Notes: generated by a model not told the origin, from the sequence alone. Counted from the stretch's first letter, positions 26,588 through 37,777 are shown. The stretch: 64,000 bases of DNA from an uncultured Chloroflexia bacterium (GCA_963713975.1 OY970218.1:2976001-3040000); one strand, 5' to 3'. A program made the numbers and translations.

Positions 26588-29085
26588 GAGTTCCGCTGTC
26601 GTGGCTGCGTGACTTCGTCGATATCCAGCTCACGCCGGAGCAGCTCGCGGAGCGGCTCACGCTGCTGGGCATGGAGGTCAAGCACCTCGAGCGCTGGGGG
26701 GCGGACTGGGAGAACGTCGTCACGGGCGAGCTCCTCTCGGTCGAGAAGCACCCTCGCGCGGACCGCCTCTCGCTGACGACGGTGACCCTCGGCGACGGGC
26801 GGGAGCCGATGTCGATCGTGTGCGGGGCCACCAACATCGCCCCGGGCCAGCGCATCCCCGTGGCCTTGCCCGGCGCCGTCCTGCCCGGCGACCGGCGAAT
26901 CGAGCGCGCCGAGAAGATGGGGGTCGTGTCCAACGGGATGCTGTGCTCCGGCGAGGAGCTGCGGCTGACCAGCGATGCGGACGGGATCCTGATCCTGCCA
27001 GCCGGCACGCCACTGGGTGTGCCGCTCGTGGACCTGTACGGCGACACCGTCCTCGACATCGACGTCAAGCCCAACCGGGGCGATGCGCTGTCCATCCTGG
27101 GCCTCGCCCGCGAGGTCGCCGCCGCTACCCGCCAGCAGGTCCGGCTGCCTCGCATCGAGGTGGAGGAGGGGAGTGGCCCCGGCATCGCCGGCCGCCTCGC
27201 GGTGGAGATCCGCGATCCCGACCTGTGCACGGGCTTCGCCGGGCGATGGGTGAGCGGCGTCGCGATAGGGCCGTCTCCGGATGTCGTCCAGATGCGGCTC
27301 CTGGCCGCGGGCCAGCGGCCGATCTCCAACGTGGTGGATGCCTCGAACTACGTGATGCTGGAGCTGGGCAAGCCCATCCACACCTTCGATGCCGCGGCGA
27401 TCCACGCCGCCCCCGACGGCCGTCCGACGATCGTCGTGCGCCGGGCGACCGAGGGCGAGCGCCTCGAGACCCTGGACCACGTCCAGCGGGAGCTCAGCAC
27501 GGACACGCTGCTCATCGCAGACCCGGCCGGGCCGCTCGCCATCGCCGGTGTCATGGGCGGCGCGACCTCGGAGATCTCCGACCAGACGCGGGATGTCGCG
27601 ATCGAGTCCGCCATCTTCGACCCGGTGAGCATCCGCCGGACCGCCCAGCGGCTTGGCCTGCGGTCCGAGGCATCCAGCAGGTTCGAGAAGGGGCAGGAGC
27701 CGCGCATGGCCCGCCTCGGGGCGGACCGGACGGCCCAGTTGATCAGGGAATGGGCTGGTGGCGAGATCGTCCCGGGTGTCGTGGACGTTGCTCCCGACGT
27801 CCCGGATCCGGTGCGGGTCGCGTTCCGTCCGGCCCGCGTGAACCGGCTGCTGGGGACGGACCTCTCCGCCGCGGAGCAGCGCGACCTGTTGAGTCACGTC
27901 GGCGTGGAGACCGAGCCGGCGGTGGCCGGTGAACGGATCACGGTGGCCCTCGAGCCGCAGCCCCTGGTCGTGGAATCCGCCGAGGATGCCGTCACGGCGA
28001 TCGTGCCCACGTGGCGCCGCGACATCGCGATCGAGGCCGACGTGGCGGAGGAGATCGCCCGCGTCCGCGGCTACGAGCTCGTGCCGTCGGTCACGCCGGA
28101 CACGGCGATGCCCGCGTTCCGTCCGTCGCCACTGGAGGTCCGGCAGCTCGTCCGCGAGACCCTCGCCGGAGCCGGGCTTGCCGAGATCGTCACGACGGCG
28201 CTCGTGTCGCCCCGGCACATCGACACGTTCGTGCTCGCGGGTGAGGTGCCCTCCGTAGGCGGCGAGGCGCAGCCCGGAGGTGACGCGATCGCCGTCACCA
28301 ACCCACTCTCACGGGACCATTCCTTCCTCCGTCGCAACCTCCTCGGGAGCCTGCTCGACGTCGTCGGCGTCAACCTGCGGCACGGGTCGCAGGATATCGC
28401 CGTGTTCGAGATCGGAAAGGGCTACGCAAGGACCGGCACGGAGCCCCGCGAGTGGTGGCGGCTGGGGCTGGCGCTCGTGGGTGCCGCGGAGCCCGCGGCC
28501 TGGAACCGCGTGCGGCGTCCGTACGACATCGACGACGCCAAGGGCGTCATCGAGCTGCTGGCCCATCGGCTTGGCCTGCCACGCCCCGTGTACACGGCGG
28601 AGGCAGGGGAGACCGTGTTCCACCCCGGCCGGACCGCGCGTGTCGCAGCCGGCGATGGTCTCCGGGCGATCGTCGGCGAGCTCCACCCGCAGATCGCGGA
28701 TTCATGGGACCTCAGGACGGCAGACCGGGTGATCGTCGGGGAGGTCGCGCTGGACGGGCTGGCCGTCGGGAGGCTCCGGGCGGAGCAGACCCCGATCGTG
28801 GGCAGGTTCCCCGAGGTCGACCGGGATCTTGCGATCGTGGTCCCGGGGTCGATCACGGCCGGCGCCGTTGAGGCGGTCGTCCGTGAGCATGCGGGTGCCC
28901 TGCTGCGCGACATCCGGCTGTTCGACATCTATCGCGGCACACCCCTGGCGGACGATGAGCGCAGCCTCGCGTTCAGGGTCCGCTTCGGCACACCGGACAG
29001 GACGCTGACCGAGGTGGAGGTCGAGGCGGCAGTGGCGGGCATCGTCGCGGCCCTGCCCATCCTCGGCGGCCGCCTGCGCGCGTGA
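26584..29085 (+). CDS. pheT: Phenylalanine--tRNA ligase beta subunit
   Basis: MRVPLSWLRDFV start overlaps the pheS stop; CGATN, PNRGDALS, RFEKG, EEIARVRGY, LFDIYRG. Confidence 0.97.
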   Translation: MRVPLSWLRDFVDIQLTPEQLAERLTLLGMEVKHLERWGADWENVVTGELLSVEKHPRADRLSLTTVTLGDGREPMSIVCGATNIAPGQRIPVALPGAVLPGDRRIERAEKMGVVSNGMLCSGEELRLTSDADGILILPAGTPLGVPLVDLYGDTVLDIDVKPNRGDALSILGLAREVAAATRQQVRLPRIEVEEGSGPGIAGRLAVEIRDPDLCTGFAGRWVSGVAIGPSPDVVQMRLLAAGQRPISNVVDASNYVMLELGKPIHTFDAAAIHAAPDGRPTIVVRRATEGERLETLDHVQRELSTDTLLIADPAGPLAIAGVMGGATSEISDQTRDVAIESAIFDPVSIRRTAQRLGLRSEASSRFEKGQEPRMARLGADRTAQLIREWAGGEIVPGVVDVAPDVPDPVRVAFRPARVNRLLGTDLSAAEQRDLLSHVGVETEPAVAGERITVALEPQPLVVESAEDAVTAIVPTWRRDIAIEADVAEEIARVRGYELVPSVTPDTAMPAFRPSPLEVRQLVRETLAGAGLAEIVTTALVSPRHIDTFVLAGEVPSVGGEAQPGGDAIAVTNPLSRDHSFLRRNLLGSLLDVVGVNLRHGSQDIAVFEIGKGYARTGTEPREWWRLGLALVGAAEPAAWNRVRRPYDIDDAKGVIELLAHRLGLPRPVYTAEAGETVFHPGRTARVAAGDGLRAIVGELHPQIADSWDLRTADRVIVGEVALDGLAVGRLRAEQTPIVGRFPEVDRDLAIVVPGSITAGAVEAVVREHAGALLRDIRLFDIYRGTPLADDERSLAFRVRFGTPDRTLTEVEVEAAVAGIVAALPILGGRLRA

Positions 29086-29219
29086 CATGCAGGCGGTACC
29101 AGGCGGGCGGTCGATCGCGGTAGGGCGTTCGTCCCGTTGCGGGCCGCTCCGGCACGCTGCTACCCTTCGCCACGGGCCGGGCCCGCGGGGGATCCGGTCA
29201 CCTGCATGAGGGTGGACGC

Positions 29220-29807
29220 GTGGATATCGTCGGGTTCATCACGGGACTGAACTGGTTCGACCTGCTGGTCGGCGTGTTCCTGGGCGCGATGTTCGTCCTT
29301 GGTTTCATCCAGGGCTCGGTCCGGCGCCTGGTCGGCATCCTGTCGATCGTCTTCTCGTTCTTCCTGGCCGCCCAGCTGTCGGTCCCGTTCGGCAACTTCC
29401 TCGCGGACCACTGGACGCAGTACCCCCGCGAGTACTCCGTGACCCTCGGGTTCCTCGCGATCTTCATCGCTGCAGTCGTCGCCTTCTCCCTCCTGATCCA
29501 GGGGACGTACCAGCGGTCGCACCTGTTCGCGGACCACCCCGTGGTCGACGAGGTCCTGGGCGGGATCCTGGGCATCGTCCAGGGCCTGCTGATCCTGATG
29601 TTCCTGACCATCATCCTGGACCAGTACTTCGTGGGCCAAGCCGTGTCGGGCGACCTGGACGAGCTGCCGTACCTGCGCGAGGTGTGGACGGCGATGAACA
29701 GCTCCGAGGTCGGCAGCCTGCTGCACCAGACCGTCATCCCGAACTTCCTGCGGCTCGTGTCCTTCCTCGTGCCTGCCTCGGTGCTGGCGACCTACGGACT
29801 GGCGTGA
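29220..29807 (+). CDS. CvpA family membrane protein
   Basis: NWFDLLV..GFIQG..R, DEVLGGILGIVQG; position upstream of mutS2. Confidence 0.8.
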   Translation: MDIVGFITGLNWFDLLVGVFLGAMFVLGFIQGSVRRLVGILSIVFSFFLAAQLSVPFGNFLADHWTQYPREYSVTLGFLAIFIAAVVAFSLLIQGTYQRSHLFADHPVVDEVLGGILGIVQGLLILMFLTIILDQYFVGQAVSGDLDELPYLREVWTAMNSSEVGSLLHQTVIPNFLRLVSFLVPASVLATYGLA

Positions 29808-30496
29808 CCCGGGAGGCGAGGGACCGGCCCCCAGGTCCGTTCCCCCGGCAGTTGCTCGCCGGGGACACCCTGGAGGCCGCGCGTGCCCTGATCGGCGCTC
29901 GGCTGATCGCGAACGAGGACGATCCCACCGGCGCCCGTCGCTCCGGGCGGATCGTGGAGGTCGAGGCCTACGTCGGCCTCGATGACCGCGCATCCCACGC
30001 AAGGATGGGCCCGACGCTGCGGAACCGGGTCATGTTCGGGCCGCCGGGGATCGCCTACGTGTACCTTGTCTACGGTATGCACCATTGCTTGAACGTCGTC
30101 ACAGGCCCTCCCTCCATGCCTGCTGCCGTGCTCGTGCGCGCCGTCGAGCCGCTGGAAGGCCTGGAGCGAATGCGCTCCGCGAGGCTGGCCGTGGCCGCGG
30201 CCAGGCGGACCGCGCGAACCGGCGCCGCTCGCTCGCGCAGGGTCATGGACGAACGCCTCGCCTCGGGACCCGGCCTCGTCGCAGCGGCATTCTCCATCGA
30301 TCGCAGGTACACCGGCATCGACCTGTGCGATCCGGCCTCCGCCATCCACCTCGAGGCGGCCGGGCCCGGCGAGATGCCGCGTGACGTCATCGCCACGCCT
30401 CGGGTCGGAGTGGGCTACGCGGGCGAGCCTTGGGCCACCGTCCTGTGGCGGTTCATCGATCCGGGCAGTCGGTCGCTCAGCATCCCGAGGGGCTGA
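29804..30496 (+). CDS. mpg: DNA-3-methyladenine glycosylase
   Basis: GRIVEVEAY, ASHA, YVYLVYGMHHCLNVV, SGPG, PRVGV, WRF. Confidence 0.93.
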   Translation: MTREARDRPPGPFPRQLLAGDTLEAARALIGARLIANEDDPTGARRSGRIVEVEAYVGLDDRASHARMGPTLRNRVMFGPPGIAYVYLVYGMHHCLNVVTGPPSMPAAVLVRAVEPLEGLERMRSARLAVAAARRTARTGAARSRRVMDERLASGPGLVAAAFSIDRRYTGIDLCDPASAIHLEAAGPGEMPRDVIATPRVGVGYAGEPWATVLWRFIDPGSRSLSIPRG

Positions 30497-32826
30497 TGGA
30501 CGCCCGATCCATCACGCTCCTGGAGTTCCCGGCCGTCCGAGCCCGGCTCGCAGAGAAGACCTCTTTCTCCCCGTCGCGGCGGATCTGCGAGGCGCTCCTG
30601 CCGTCCGCCGATCCCGTGATCGTCCGGCGCAGCCTCGACGAGACCGACCAGGTCCGCGCCATGCTCCAGGACCGGCCCGGCGTCGGCATCGGGGCGGCCC
30701 ACGACATCGAGCCGTTCGTCGGCCGAGCGGTTCGCGGTGGGCGCCTCGATCCGCAGCAGTTCCTCGAGATCGCGGAGACCCTGGACTCGGCCGCCCGGCT
30801 GGCGACATCCCTGGCCGACGAACGGCGGCCCCTGCTCCGCGACCTCGGGCGGCGTCTCCACCCGTTGCCGGCCCTGCGCAGCACGCTCCTGCGCAGCTTC
30901 GAACCGGCCGGGGAGCTCCTGGACACCGCCTCGCCGAGGCTGGGGGCCCTGCGTGGGTCTGTGCGTGTCGCCTACGACCGGCTTCGCCGCCGCCTGGACT
31001 CGCTGGTCGGGTCCGAGCTGGGCGGCGCCCTGCAGGAGCCACTCATCACGATGCGCAATGGGCGCTACGTGGTCCCGGTGCGTGCCGATGCGCGGTCCCG
31101 CGTGAAGGGCATCGTCCACGATGCGTCCGGGAGCGGTCAGACCCTGTTCGTCGAGCCGCTCGTGGTGGTCGAGCTGGGCAATGCCTGGCGTGAGGCACAA
31201 TCGGCGGTCGAGGAGGAGGAGGGTCGGATCCTCGATGAGCTCTCGGCCCTCGTCGCCGCCAACGCCACGCTGCTGCGGGAGACCCTCGAAGCCCTCGCCC
31301 AGTTCGACTTCTGGGCGGCCAAGGCCGAGCTCGCCGCCGAGATGGACGGTGCCCGCCCGGGTGAGGCGGAGCGCGCGGAGGTGATCCTGCTCTCGGCCAG
31401 GCATCCGGGCCTCACCGGGCGCGTGGTGCCGATCGACCTCCGATTGGGCGATGGCTACACCGCCCTCGTGATCACCGGGCCCAACACGGGCGGCAAGACC
31501 GTCGCCCTCCGGACGCTGGGCCTGCTCTCGCTGATGCACCAGGCCGGACTGCACGTGCCGGCCGAGGCGGGGTCACGGCTGCCGATCTTCAGGGACGTGT
31601 TCGCGGACATCGGGGACGAGCAGTCCATCGCGCAGTCGCTGTCCACGTTCTCCGGCCATCTTCGATCCATCACGCGGATCGTCGAGCACGCAGGTCCGGA
31701 CTGCCTCGTGCTCCTGGACGAGCTCGGCGCGGGGACCGACCCGACCGAGGGTTCCGCGCTCGCCCAGGCCTTGCTGGACCACTTCATCCGGTCTGGGGCC
31801 CTGGTGGCTGCCACGACCCATTACGCCGAGATCAAGGTCTACGCCCACGAGACCGAGGCCGCGCGCAACGCGTCCGTGGAGTTCGATCTCGACACCCTGT
31901 CGCCCACGTACCGGCTCACCATCGGCCTGCCGGGGGGCAGCCAGGCGTTCGCCATCGCCGAGCGGCTGGGCCTGCCCGACACCATCGTCGCGGATGCCCG
32001 TAGCCGCCTGTCGGAGAACCAGCGGGCCTTCGAGGCGACGCTGGCATCCATCCGCCGCCAGGAGGGCGAGATCGCCGAGGCGGTCGAACGGGCCCGCGCT
32101 GCCGAGGTGAAGGCGGCAGATGCCCTGCGTTCGGCGGACGAGGAGCGGCGTCGCGCCCGCCGTGAGCGCGACGAGGCGGTCAAGTCGGCTCGTGACGAGG
32201 CGGAGCGCCTGGTGGCCGGTCTCAAGGATGATGTGGCGGGCGTCCGTCGTCGCCTGGAGCGCGAGACCGTCACCGCGCCGGCGATCGACGCGGCCCTGGC
32301 CCGCGCGGAGCAGACCCTGGAGCGCCTGCCCGAGGCGCAGCCCGCGCCGCAGCGGATCGACCCGGTCGCGCCCCGGACGTGGGGGCTGGGCGAGCGCGCC
32401 CGGAGCCGCAGCGGCGGCTGGGAAGGCCGCATCGCGGCGCTCGAGAAGGGCGGTACCCGGGCGACGCTCGAGGCGGGAGGCATGCGGGTCTCGGTCGCCG
32501 TGGCCGACCTCGAGCCCGCGCTCGGCGTCGCTGCAGGCGAACCCTCGGGTGGGATCTCGAACCTGCGTCTGGACCGCGCCCGGACGGTGGCCTCGTCGCT
32601 GGACCTGCGCGGCGCCCGAGTGGACGAGGCCCTCGAGGCACTAAGCCGCTACCTCGACGACGCGTCGCTGGCCGGCCTCGAGCAGGTGACGATCATCCAC
32701 GGCCTCGGAACGGGAGCGCTGCGGGACGCGGTGCGGGAACAGGCCGGTTCCCACCCGCTCGTCAAGGACTTCCGGGCCGGAGGACGGGGCGAGGGGGGCG
32801 ACGGCGCCACGATCGTCCGGCTCTGA
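30496..32826 (+). CDS. mutS2: Endonuclease MutS2
   Basis: ITGPNTGGKT, DIGDEQSIAQSLSTFSGH, DELGAGTDP, Smr domain LDLRG..IIHGLGTG. Confidence 0.96.
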   Translation: MDARSITLLEFPAVRARLAEKTSFSPSRRICEALLPSADPVIVRRSLDETDQVRAMLQDRPGVGIGAAHDIEPFVGRAVRGGRLDPQQFLEIAETLDSAARLATSLADERRPLLRDLGRRLHPLPALRSTLLRSFEPAGELLDTASPRLGALRGSVRVAYDRLRRRLDSLVGSELGGALQEPLITMRNGRYVVPVRADARSRVKGIVHDASGSGQTLFVEPLVVVELGNAWREAQSAVEEEEGRILDELSALVAANATLLRETLEALAQFDFWAAKAELAAEMDGARPGEAERAEVILLSARHPGLTGRVVPIDLRLGDGYTALVITGPNTGGKTVALRTLGLLSLMHQAGLHVPAEAGSRLPIFRDVFADIGDEQSIAQSLSTFSGHLRSITRIVEHAGPDCLVLLDELGAGTDPTEGSALAQALLDHFIRSGALVAATTHYAEIKVYAHETEAARNASVEFDLDTLSPTYRLTIGLPGGSQAFAIAERLGLPDTIVADARSRLSENQRAFEATLASIRRQEGEIAEAVERARAAEVKAADALRSADEERRRARRERDEAVKSARDEAERLVAGLKDDVAGVRRRLERETVTAPAIDAALARAEQTLERLPEAQPAPQRIDPVAPRTWGLGERARSRSGGWEGRIAALEKGGTRATLEAGGMRVSVAVADLEPALGVAAGEPSGGISNLRLDRARTVASSLDLRGARVDEALEALSRYLDDASLAGLEQVTIIHGLGTGALRDAVREQAGSHPLVKDFRAGGRGEGGDGATIVRL

Positions 32827-32857
32827 GCCCCCGACGAGGCTCCGGACGACCGCCGGA

Positions 32858-35590
32858 TTACGGCTTCGGGGTCGGCTTGGGCGTCGGCTTGGGTTTGCCG
32901 CCGCCGGCCGCGGGCGATGGCGTGACGGCCGGCTCGGGCGCCAGGGTCGGGCACGGTGACGCCGGGTCCGTGGATACGCAGACGGTTGGTTCCGGCGGAC
33001 CGATGGGGCACTTCTTGGTCGGAGCGAACGAACCACCCCAGCTGCTCCCGAACGGGTAGAACCCACCGCCGTAGAAGTAGGCCGTGCGGTTGCCTTTGGG
33101 GCCACCCGAGACACCGGCCCCCCGCGCCGCTCGAGCCTGCCAGCCCGCGTCGGCCTTCTGCCACGACGCGAAGCCCGTCTCGGCCTGGCTGTAGTCGATG
33201 AACGACTTGGTCACCATGGGGCCGACGCATCCCTCGCGCCACAGGAGACCGCTGGCCTGGTCCACGTCGACGGCTCGCGAATAGCTGGCCGACTTGGTGG
33301 GCGCGGTGCCGGGGAGGAACAGCTCGTCAACGGTCTTGCGCGTGGTCGATCCGGGGCGCATGCCGGTGAACGCGTCCACCTTCGCCGTGACGAGGCCCTT
33401 GGGCTTCGTGCGTGCGAAGCCCTCGATCGGCATCCCCTTGGACACGTCGGACAGGATCGCGGACCAGAGCGGCGCGGAGGTGTCCAGCGAGAGCTTGCCG
33501 TCGTTGGGCGAGTTGTCCGAGTTGCCCATCCAGACCCCAGCCACGAGGCCCGGCAGCTTCTTGTCGGAGGGGGCGGCCAGGTATCCGTAGGCATGCACGT
33601 CGACGTTTTCGTTGGTCGTGCCGGTCTTGTACGCCGCCGGCCGGGACTTGGAGCCCGTCACGCCGTCGGTGATCTTCCACTTGGCCCAGAACGGGTTGAC
33701 CGAGTTGATCGAGTTGCCGGCCAGGATGTCCGTGATGATGTAGGCGGCCTGCCGTGATGCGGCCCGCGTCCCGGTCTGCTTGAGGTCCTTAGGCGGCCAG
33801 ACCTGCGCGCCGTCGGCATCCAGCACCTGGACGATCGTGTGGCGGGGCATGAGCACGCCTCCGTTGGCGATCGCGCCAAAGGCGCTGATCATGTCGATCG
33901 AGTGCACCCCCAGCGTGCCGATCCCCTCGGAGGCAACCGGCACGGTCCCCGATTGATAGCGGATGCCGAAGTCCTTGGTCCGCTCGAACTGGTGCTCGAG
34001 GCCGTTGATGAAGCTGGACTTGATGGCCGGGATGTTGAGCGAGAACTGCAGGGCGTTGCGGAGCCTGACCGGGCCGCGCTCCAGGCCGTCCGCAGACGTG
34101 GGCAGGTACGGCTTGGCGCCAGACGGGGCGAAGTTGGTCACGACGTCCATGAACATCGTCGATGCGGTCATCACCTTGTCGTCGATCCCGATGAGATAGC
34201 CCAGCGGCTTGATCGAGGACCCGGGCTGGCGCCAGCCGTTCGAGAGCACGTCGAACTGGGGCTGCATCTTCTTGCTGCCCTTGCCCGTATAGGAGGCCGA
34301 ACCTGCGTAGGCCAGGATCTCGCCGGTGCGGTAGTCCACGACACCTGATGCGGCATTGTGGATGTTGTGGCCGCGGAGGCCCTTGATCCAGCCCCACTCG
34401 CTGCGGGGGATCCCACGGGCCTTGAGGACGGCATCGGGGTTCTTGGCGTTCGGGATGATCGCCGCCGCGTAGACCCACTTCTCGACGATTCGCTGCATCC
34501 GGTAGTCGAGGCTGGTGATCACCGTGTAACCGCCGGTATCGATCTTCTCGCACTGCGCTTCGCCGCACAGGAGCTGGCCCAGCTCATCGCGGACCTGCCA
34601 CACGAAGTGCGGGGCGCGCCACTTGTCGGTCGTCTGCGATGCCAGGACGACCGGTTCGACCTTGGCGGCCTCGAAATCCGCGTCCGTGTACTGGCCCTTC
34701 GTGAGCACGGTGCGCGTCTTCATGAGCTCGAGGATCTGGTTGCGACGCGCGACGACGGCCGTGTCGGGGGGGACGACGAAGCGGGTCTGCGTCTTGCCGT
34801 CCGCGTCCGTGTACTCCTCCTCCACGGCGTTCTGGACAAGGTCGTAGTTGGTGGGCGACTTGGGGATGCCGGCCAGGAGCGCGTACTGGGCGAGGGTGAG
34901 GTCGTTGAGATCCTTGCGCCAGTAGCTCTGGGCGGCGGCCGCAACGCCGTAGCTGCGGTTCCCGTAGAAGTTGTTGTTGAGGTAGGACTCCATGATCAGC
35001 TGCTTGCCGTCGGTCCCGGGGTAGGCATCGGTCAGGCGGATCGACTGGATGATCTCGCGCAGCTTGCGCTGGTACTTGTCGGAGCCCGCCTCCACGTCCG
35101 CGGCGGGCAGCAGGCGGCTGCGAACAAGCTGCTGGGTGATCGTGGAGCCTCCGCGATCGTTGCCCTGGAGGGTATCGACGGCGGCGGAGACGAACCCGAT
35201 CGGGTCGAACCCGGAGTTGTCCCAGAACGTCTTGTCCTCGATGGCCGTGGTGGCATCGATCAGGGTTGGCGGAATGTCGGCGTACTTCCGAAGCTCGCGG
35301 CGATCCGAGCCGAGACGAGCAAGCAGGACCTTGCCGGTCTTGTCGTACACGGCCGTCTGCTGGTCGTACTCGATCGCCTCCAGGGCCTGCTTCGGGTCCG
35401 GGAGATCCTTGGACAGGTACGAGTAGCCGGCCACGGCCGTGCTGGCCCCGACCAGGCCGATCGTGGCCAGGGTCAGGAACAGGAACAGGGGGATGGCGAC
35501 CGCGACGTACTTGGCGGCGCCGCTTCCGCGAGGGCGGCGCTTGTCGCCGAGTCGGCGGCGGCGCTGCCTCCGGGCGAGGCTGGTCTGCAT
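32858..35590 (-). CDS. Class A penicillin-binding protein (transglycosylase/transpeptidase)
   Basis: EDKTFW, GGSTITQQL, RKLRE-like motif, SSIK (SxxK), SLN (SxN), KTGT; N-terminal TM. Confidence 0.93.
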   Translation of the reverse strand: MQTSLARRQRRRRLGDKRRPRGSGAAKYVAVAIPLFLFLTLATIGLVGASTAVAGYSYLSKDLPDPKQALEAIEYDQQTAVYDKTGKVLLARLGSDRRELRKYADIPPTLIDATTAIEDKTFWDNSGFDPIGFVSAAVDTLQGNDRGGSTITQQLVRSRLLPAADVEAGSDKYQRKLREIIQSIRLTDAYPGTDGKQLIMESYLNNNFYGNRSYGVAAAAQSYWRKDLNDLTLAQYALLAGIPKSPTNYDLVQNAVEEEYTDADGKTQTRFVVPPDTAVVARRNQILELMKTRTVLTKGQYTDADFEAAKVEPVVLASQTTDKWRAPHFVWQVRDELGQLLCGEAQCEKIDTGGYTVITSLDYRMQRIVEKWVYAAAIIPNAKNPDAVLKARGIPRSEWGWIKGLRGHNIHNAASGVVDYRTGEILAYAGSASYTGKGSKKMQPQFDVLSNGWRQPGSSIKPLGYLIGIDDKVMTASTMFMDVVTNFAPSGAKPYLPTSADGLERGPVRLRNALQFSLNIPAIKSSFINGLEHQFERTKDFGIRYQSGTVPVASEGIGTLGVHSIDMISAFGAIANGGVLMPRHTIVQVLDADGAQVWPPKDLKQTGTRAASRQAAYIITDILAGNSINSVNPFWAKWKITDGVTGSKSRPAAYKTGTTNENVDVHAYGYLAAPSDKKLPGLVAGVWMGNSDNSPNDGKLSLDTSAPLWSAILSDVSKGMPIEGFARTKPKGLVTAKVDAFTGMRPGSTTRKTVDELFLPGTAPTKSASYSRAVDVDQASGLLWREGCVGPMVTKSFIDYSQAETGFASWQKADAGWQARAARGAGVSGGPKGNRTAYFYGGGFYPFGSSWGGSFAPTKKCPIGPPEPTVCVSTDPASPCPTLAPEPAVTPSPAAGGGKPKPTPKPTPKP

Positions 35591-35685
35591 TGCGGTCGGA
35601 ACGATACCATGAGGAGAATGAACGCCCGAACGACCTGTCCGGACCTCGTGAACGACGATCCTGGACCCGACGCTGTGACGCCCGC

Positions 35686-36999
35686 GTGACTGTTTCCGAT
35701 CCCGCGGACCCCACGCTGGGACTCGGCACGCTGCTCGACGAGCTCGCCTGGCGCGGCATCCTGCAGGCCACGACGCCCGGCCTGCCCGAGCGCCTGGCCT
35801 CCGGGCGGCCCATCAGCGCCTACATCGGCTTCGACCCCTCGGGCGAATCCCTGCACGTTGGGCACCTGATCCCCATCTTCGGCCTGATCAGGCTCCAGCA
35901 GCACGGCGGCAAGCCGGTGGCGCTGGTGGGTGGCGGCACCGGGATGATCGGGGACCCATCGGGACGATCCTCGGAGCGGAACCTGCTGGATGCGGCCACG
36001 CTCGAGCACAACGTCGCGGCGATCGGCGCCCAGCTGGAGCGTTTCCTCGACTTCTCCCCCGGCCCGACCCAGGCCGTGATGGCGAACAACCACGACTGGC
36101 TCGGGAAGCTCAGCCTGATCGACTACCTGCGCGACGTCGGCAAGCACTTCACCGTGCCATACATGCTTGCCAAGGATTCGGTCCAGACCCGCCTGGAGCG
36201 GGGTCTCTCGTTCACCGAGTTCAGCTACATGACCCTCCAGGCATTCGACTTCGCGACCCTCTACCGGGAGCACGGCGTCGAGCTGCAGATGGGCGGTGCG
36301 GACCAGTGGGGCAACATCACCGCGGGCCTGGAGCTGATCCGGCGGACAGCCGGGGGCGCGGGCGATGAGAGCCCGGCCCACGGCATCGCCTACAGGCTGC
36401 TGCTCTCGCCGTCGGGCACGAAGTTCGGCAAGAGCGAGGATGGCGACTCCGTCTGGCTCGATCCGGCCCGGACGACCCCGTACGCGTTCTACCAGTACTG
36501 GGTCAACGTCGACGATCGCGACGCGGCGACGTACATGCGCTGGTTCACCACGTGGAGCCGCCCGGAGATCGAGGCGCTTGACGCCGCGATCGAGGAGCGC
36601 CCCGAGGCACGCGAGGCACAGCGCAGGCTCGCGGTCGATGTCACGGAGCGCGTCCACGGCCCGGCCGCCGCGCAGCAGGCGGTGGCGGTCTCCGCTGCGC
36701 TCTTCCAGCGTGAACCGGTGACCGATCCCGGCCTCCTGGCATCCGTCTTCGCCGCCACCCAGGGCCCATCGGTCACGCCGCAGGTCGCGGACGCCGGTGC
36801 CGCGGTCCTGCTCGCCGAGGCCGGGCTGGCACCATCGCGCGGCGAGGCGCGCCGCCTGGTGCAGGGTGGTGCGATCACGATCAACGGCGTCCGGATCACA
36901 GACGCGGCCGCAAGCCTGCCGGGGGCCATCGGCGGCGAATGGCTCGAAGTCCGCGTCGGCAAGCGCAACCGCGCGGTCGTGAGGATCGCCGGCGGCTGA
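35686..36999 (+). CDS. tyrS: Tyrosine--tRNA ligase
   Basis: YIGFDPS..SLHVGH, GGADQWGNI, KFGKS, C-terminal S4 domain. Confidence 0.96.
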   Translation: MTVSDPADPTLGLGTLLDELAWRGILQATTPGLPERLASGRPISAYIGFDPSGESLHVGHLIPIFGLIRLQQHGGKPVALVGGGTGMIGDPSGRSSERNLLDAATLEHNVAAIGAQLERFLDFSPGPTQAVMANNHDWLGKLSLIDYLRDVGKHFTVPYMLAKDSVQTRLERGLSFTEFSYMTLQAFDFATLYREHGVELQMGGADQWGNITAGLELIRRTAGGAGDESPAHGIAYRLLLSPSGTKFGKSEDGDSVWLDPARTTPYAFYQYWVNVDDRDAATYMRWFTTWSRPEIEALDAAIEERPEAREAQRRLAVDVTERVHGPAAAQQAVAVSAALFQREPVTDPGLLASVFAATQGPSVTPQVADAGAAVLLAEAGLAPSRGEARRLVQGGAITINGVRITDAAASLPGAIGGEWLEVRVGKRNRAVVRIAGG

Positions 37000-37009
37000 C
37001 GGATCCGGC

Positions 37010-37777
37010 TCAGCCCGCCGCGGACGACCCATGGCGTTCGCGAAGGACGTCCAGCACGGCGCGTGGCTCCAACCCCCGCTCCGCGAGCAGCACGAGCGCG
37101 TGGTACACGAGGTCGCCTGCCTCGCCGGCAAGGAGCGGCAGGGTCTCCGTGCGGGCCGCGCCTGCCGTCTCGGCCGCCTCGTCGTTCTTGGCCGCGAGCA
37201 GGACCTCGGTTGCCTCCTCGGTGACCTTCCGGCCGACGAGGTCGACCCCTCCCTCGAGGAGGGTGACGGTGTACGAGCCCGCGGGCCGCATCGCCGCCCG
37301 TCCTGCGATGGTCGCCCACAGCGACTCCAGCCAGGCGAAGCCCTGGGAGCCCGGACCGGCCATGGGGGCGTCGAACGTGCCCGGGCCGCCGGGAGCCTCC
37401 GGCTCCACGGCTTCCGAGATGGCGTCGGGATCGAAGCAGGATCGCGTGTCACGGTGGCAGGTCGGGCCGTCGGGCTCCGCCCCGATCAGCAGTGCGTCAC
37501 CGTCGCAGTCCAGGGCGAGCGACCGGAGCCGCAGCACATGTCCCGACGACTCGCCCTTGCGCCACAGCCGGCCGCGCGACCTGGAGTGGAAGTGCACGTC
37601 GCCGGTGCCCAGCATCGCGGCCAGCGCCTCGACGTCCAGCCAGCCCACCATCAGCACCCGGCCGTCGGCGACGTCCTGGACCACGCCGACGACCAGGCCC
37701 GACGCGTCCCAATAGATGGTGGCAGGATCGACGCCCAGTTCGAGGTCGACCGGACCGGGGCTGGTTCGCGGCATCAC
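37010..37777 (-). CDS. hisIE: Bifunctional PR-AMP cyclohydrolase / PR-ATP diphosphatase
   Basis: [47 protein letters not shown]. Confidence 0.95.
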   Translation of the reverse strand: MMPRTSPGPVDLELGVDPATIYWDASGLVVGVVQDVADGRVLMVGWLDVEALAAMLGTGDVHFHSRSRGRLWRKGESSGHVLRLRSLALDCDGDALLIGAEPDGPTCHRDTRSCFDPDAISEAVEPEAPGGPGTFDAPMAGPGSQGFAWLESLWATIAGRAAMRPAGSYTVTLLEGGVDLVGRKVTEEATEVLLAAKNDEAAETAGAARTETLPLLAGEAGDLVYHALVLLAERGLEPRAVLDVLRERHGSSAAG

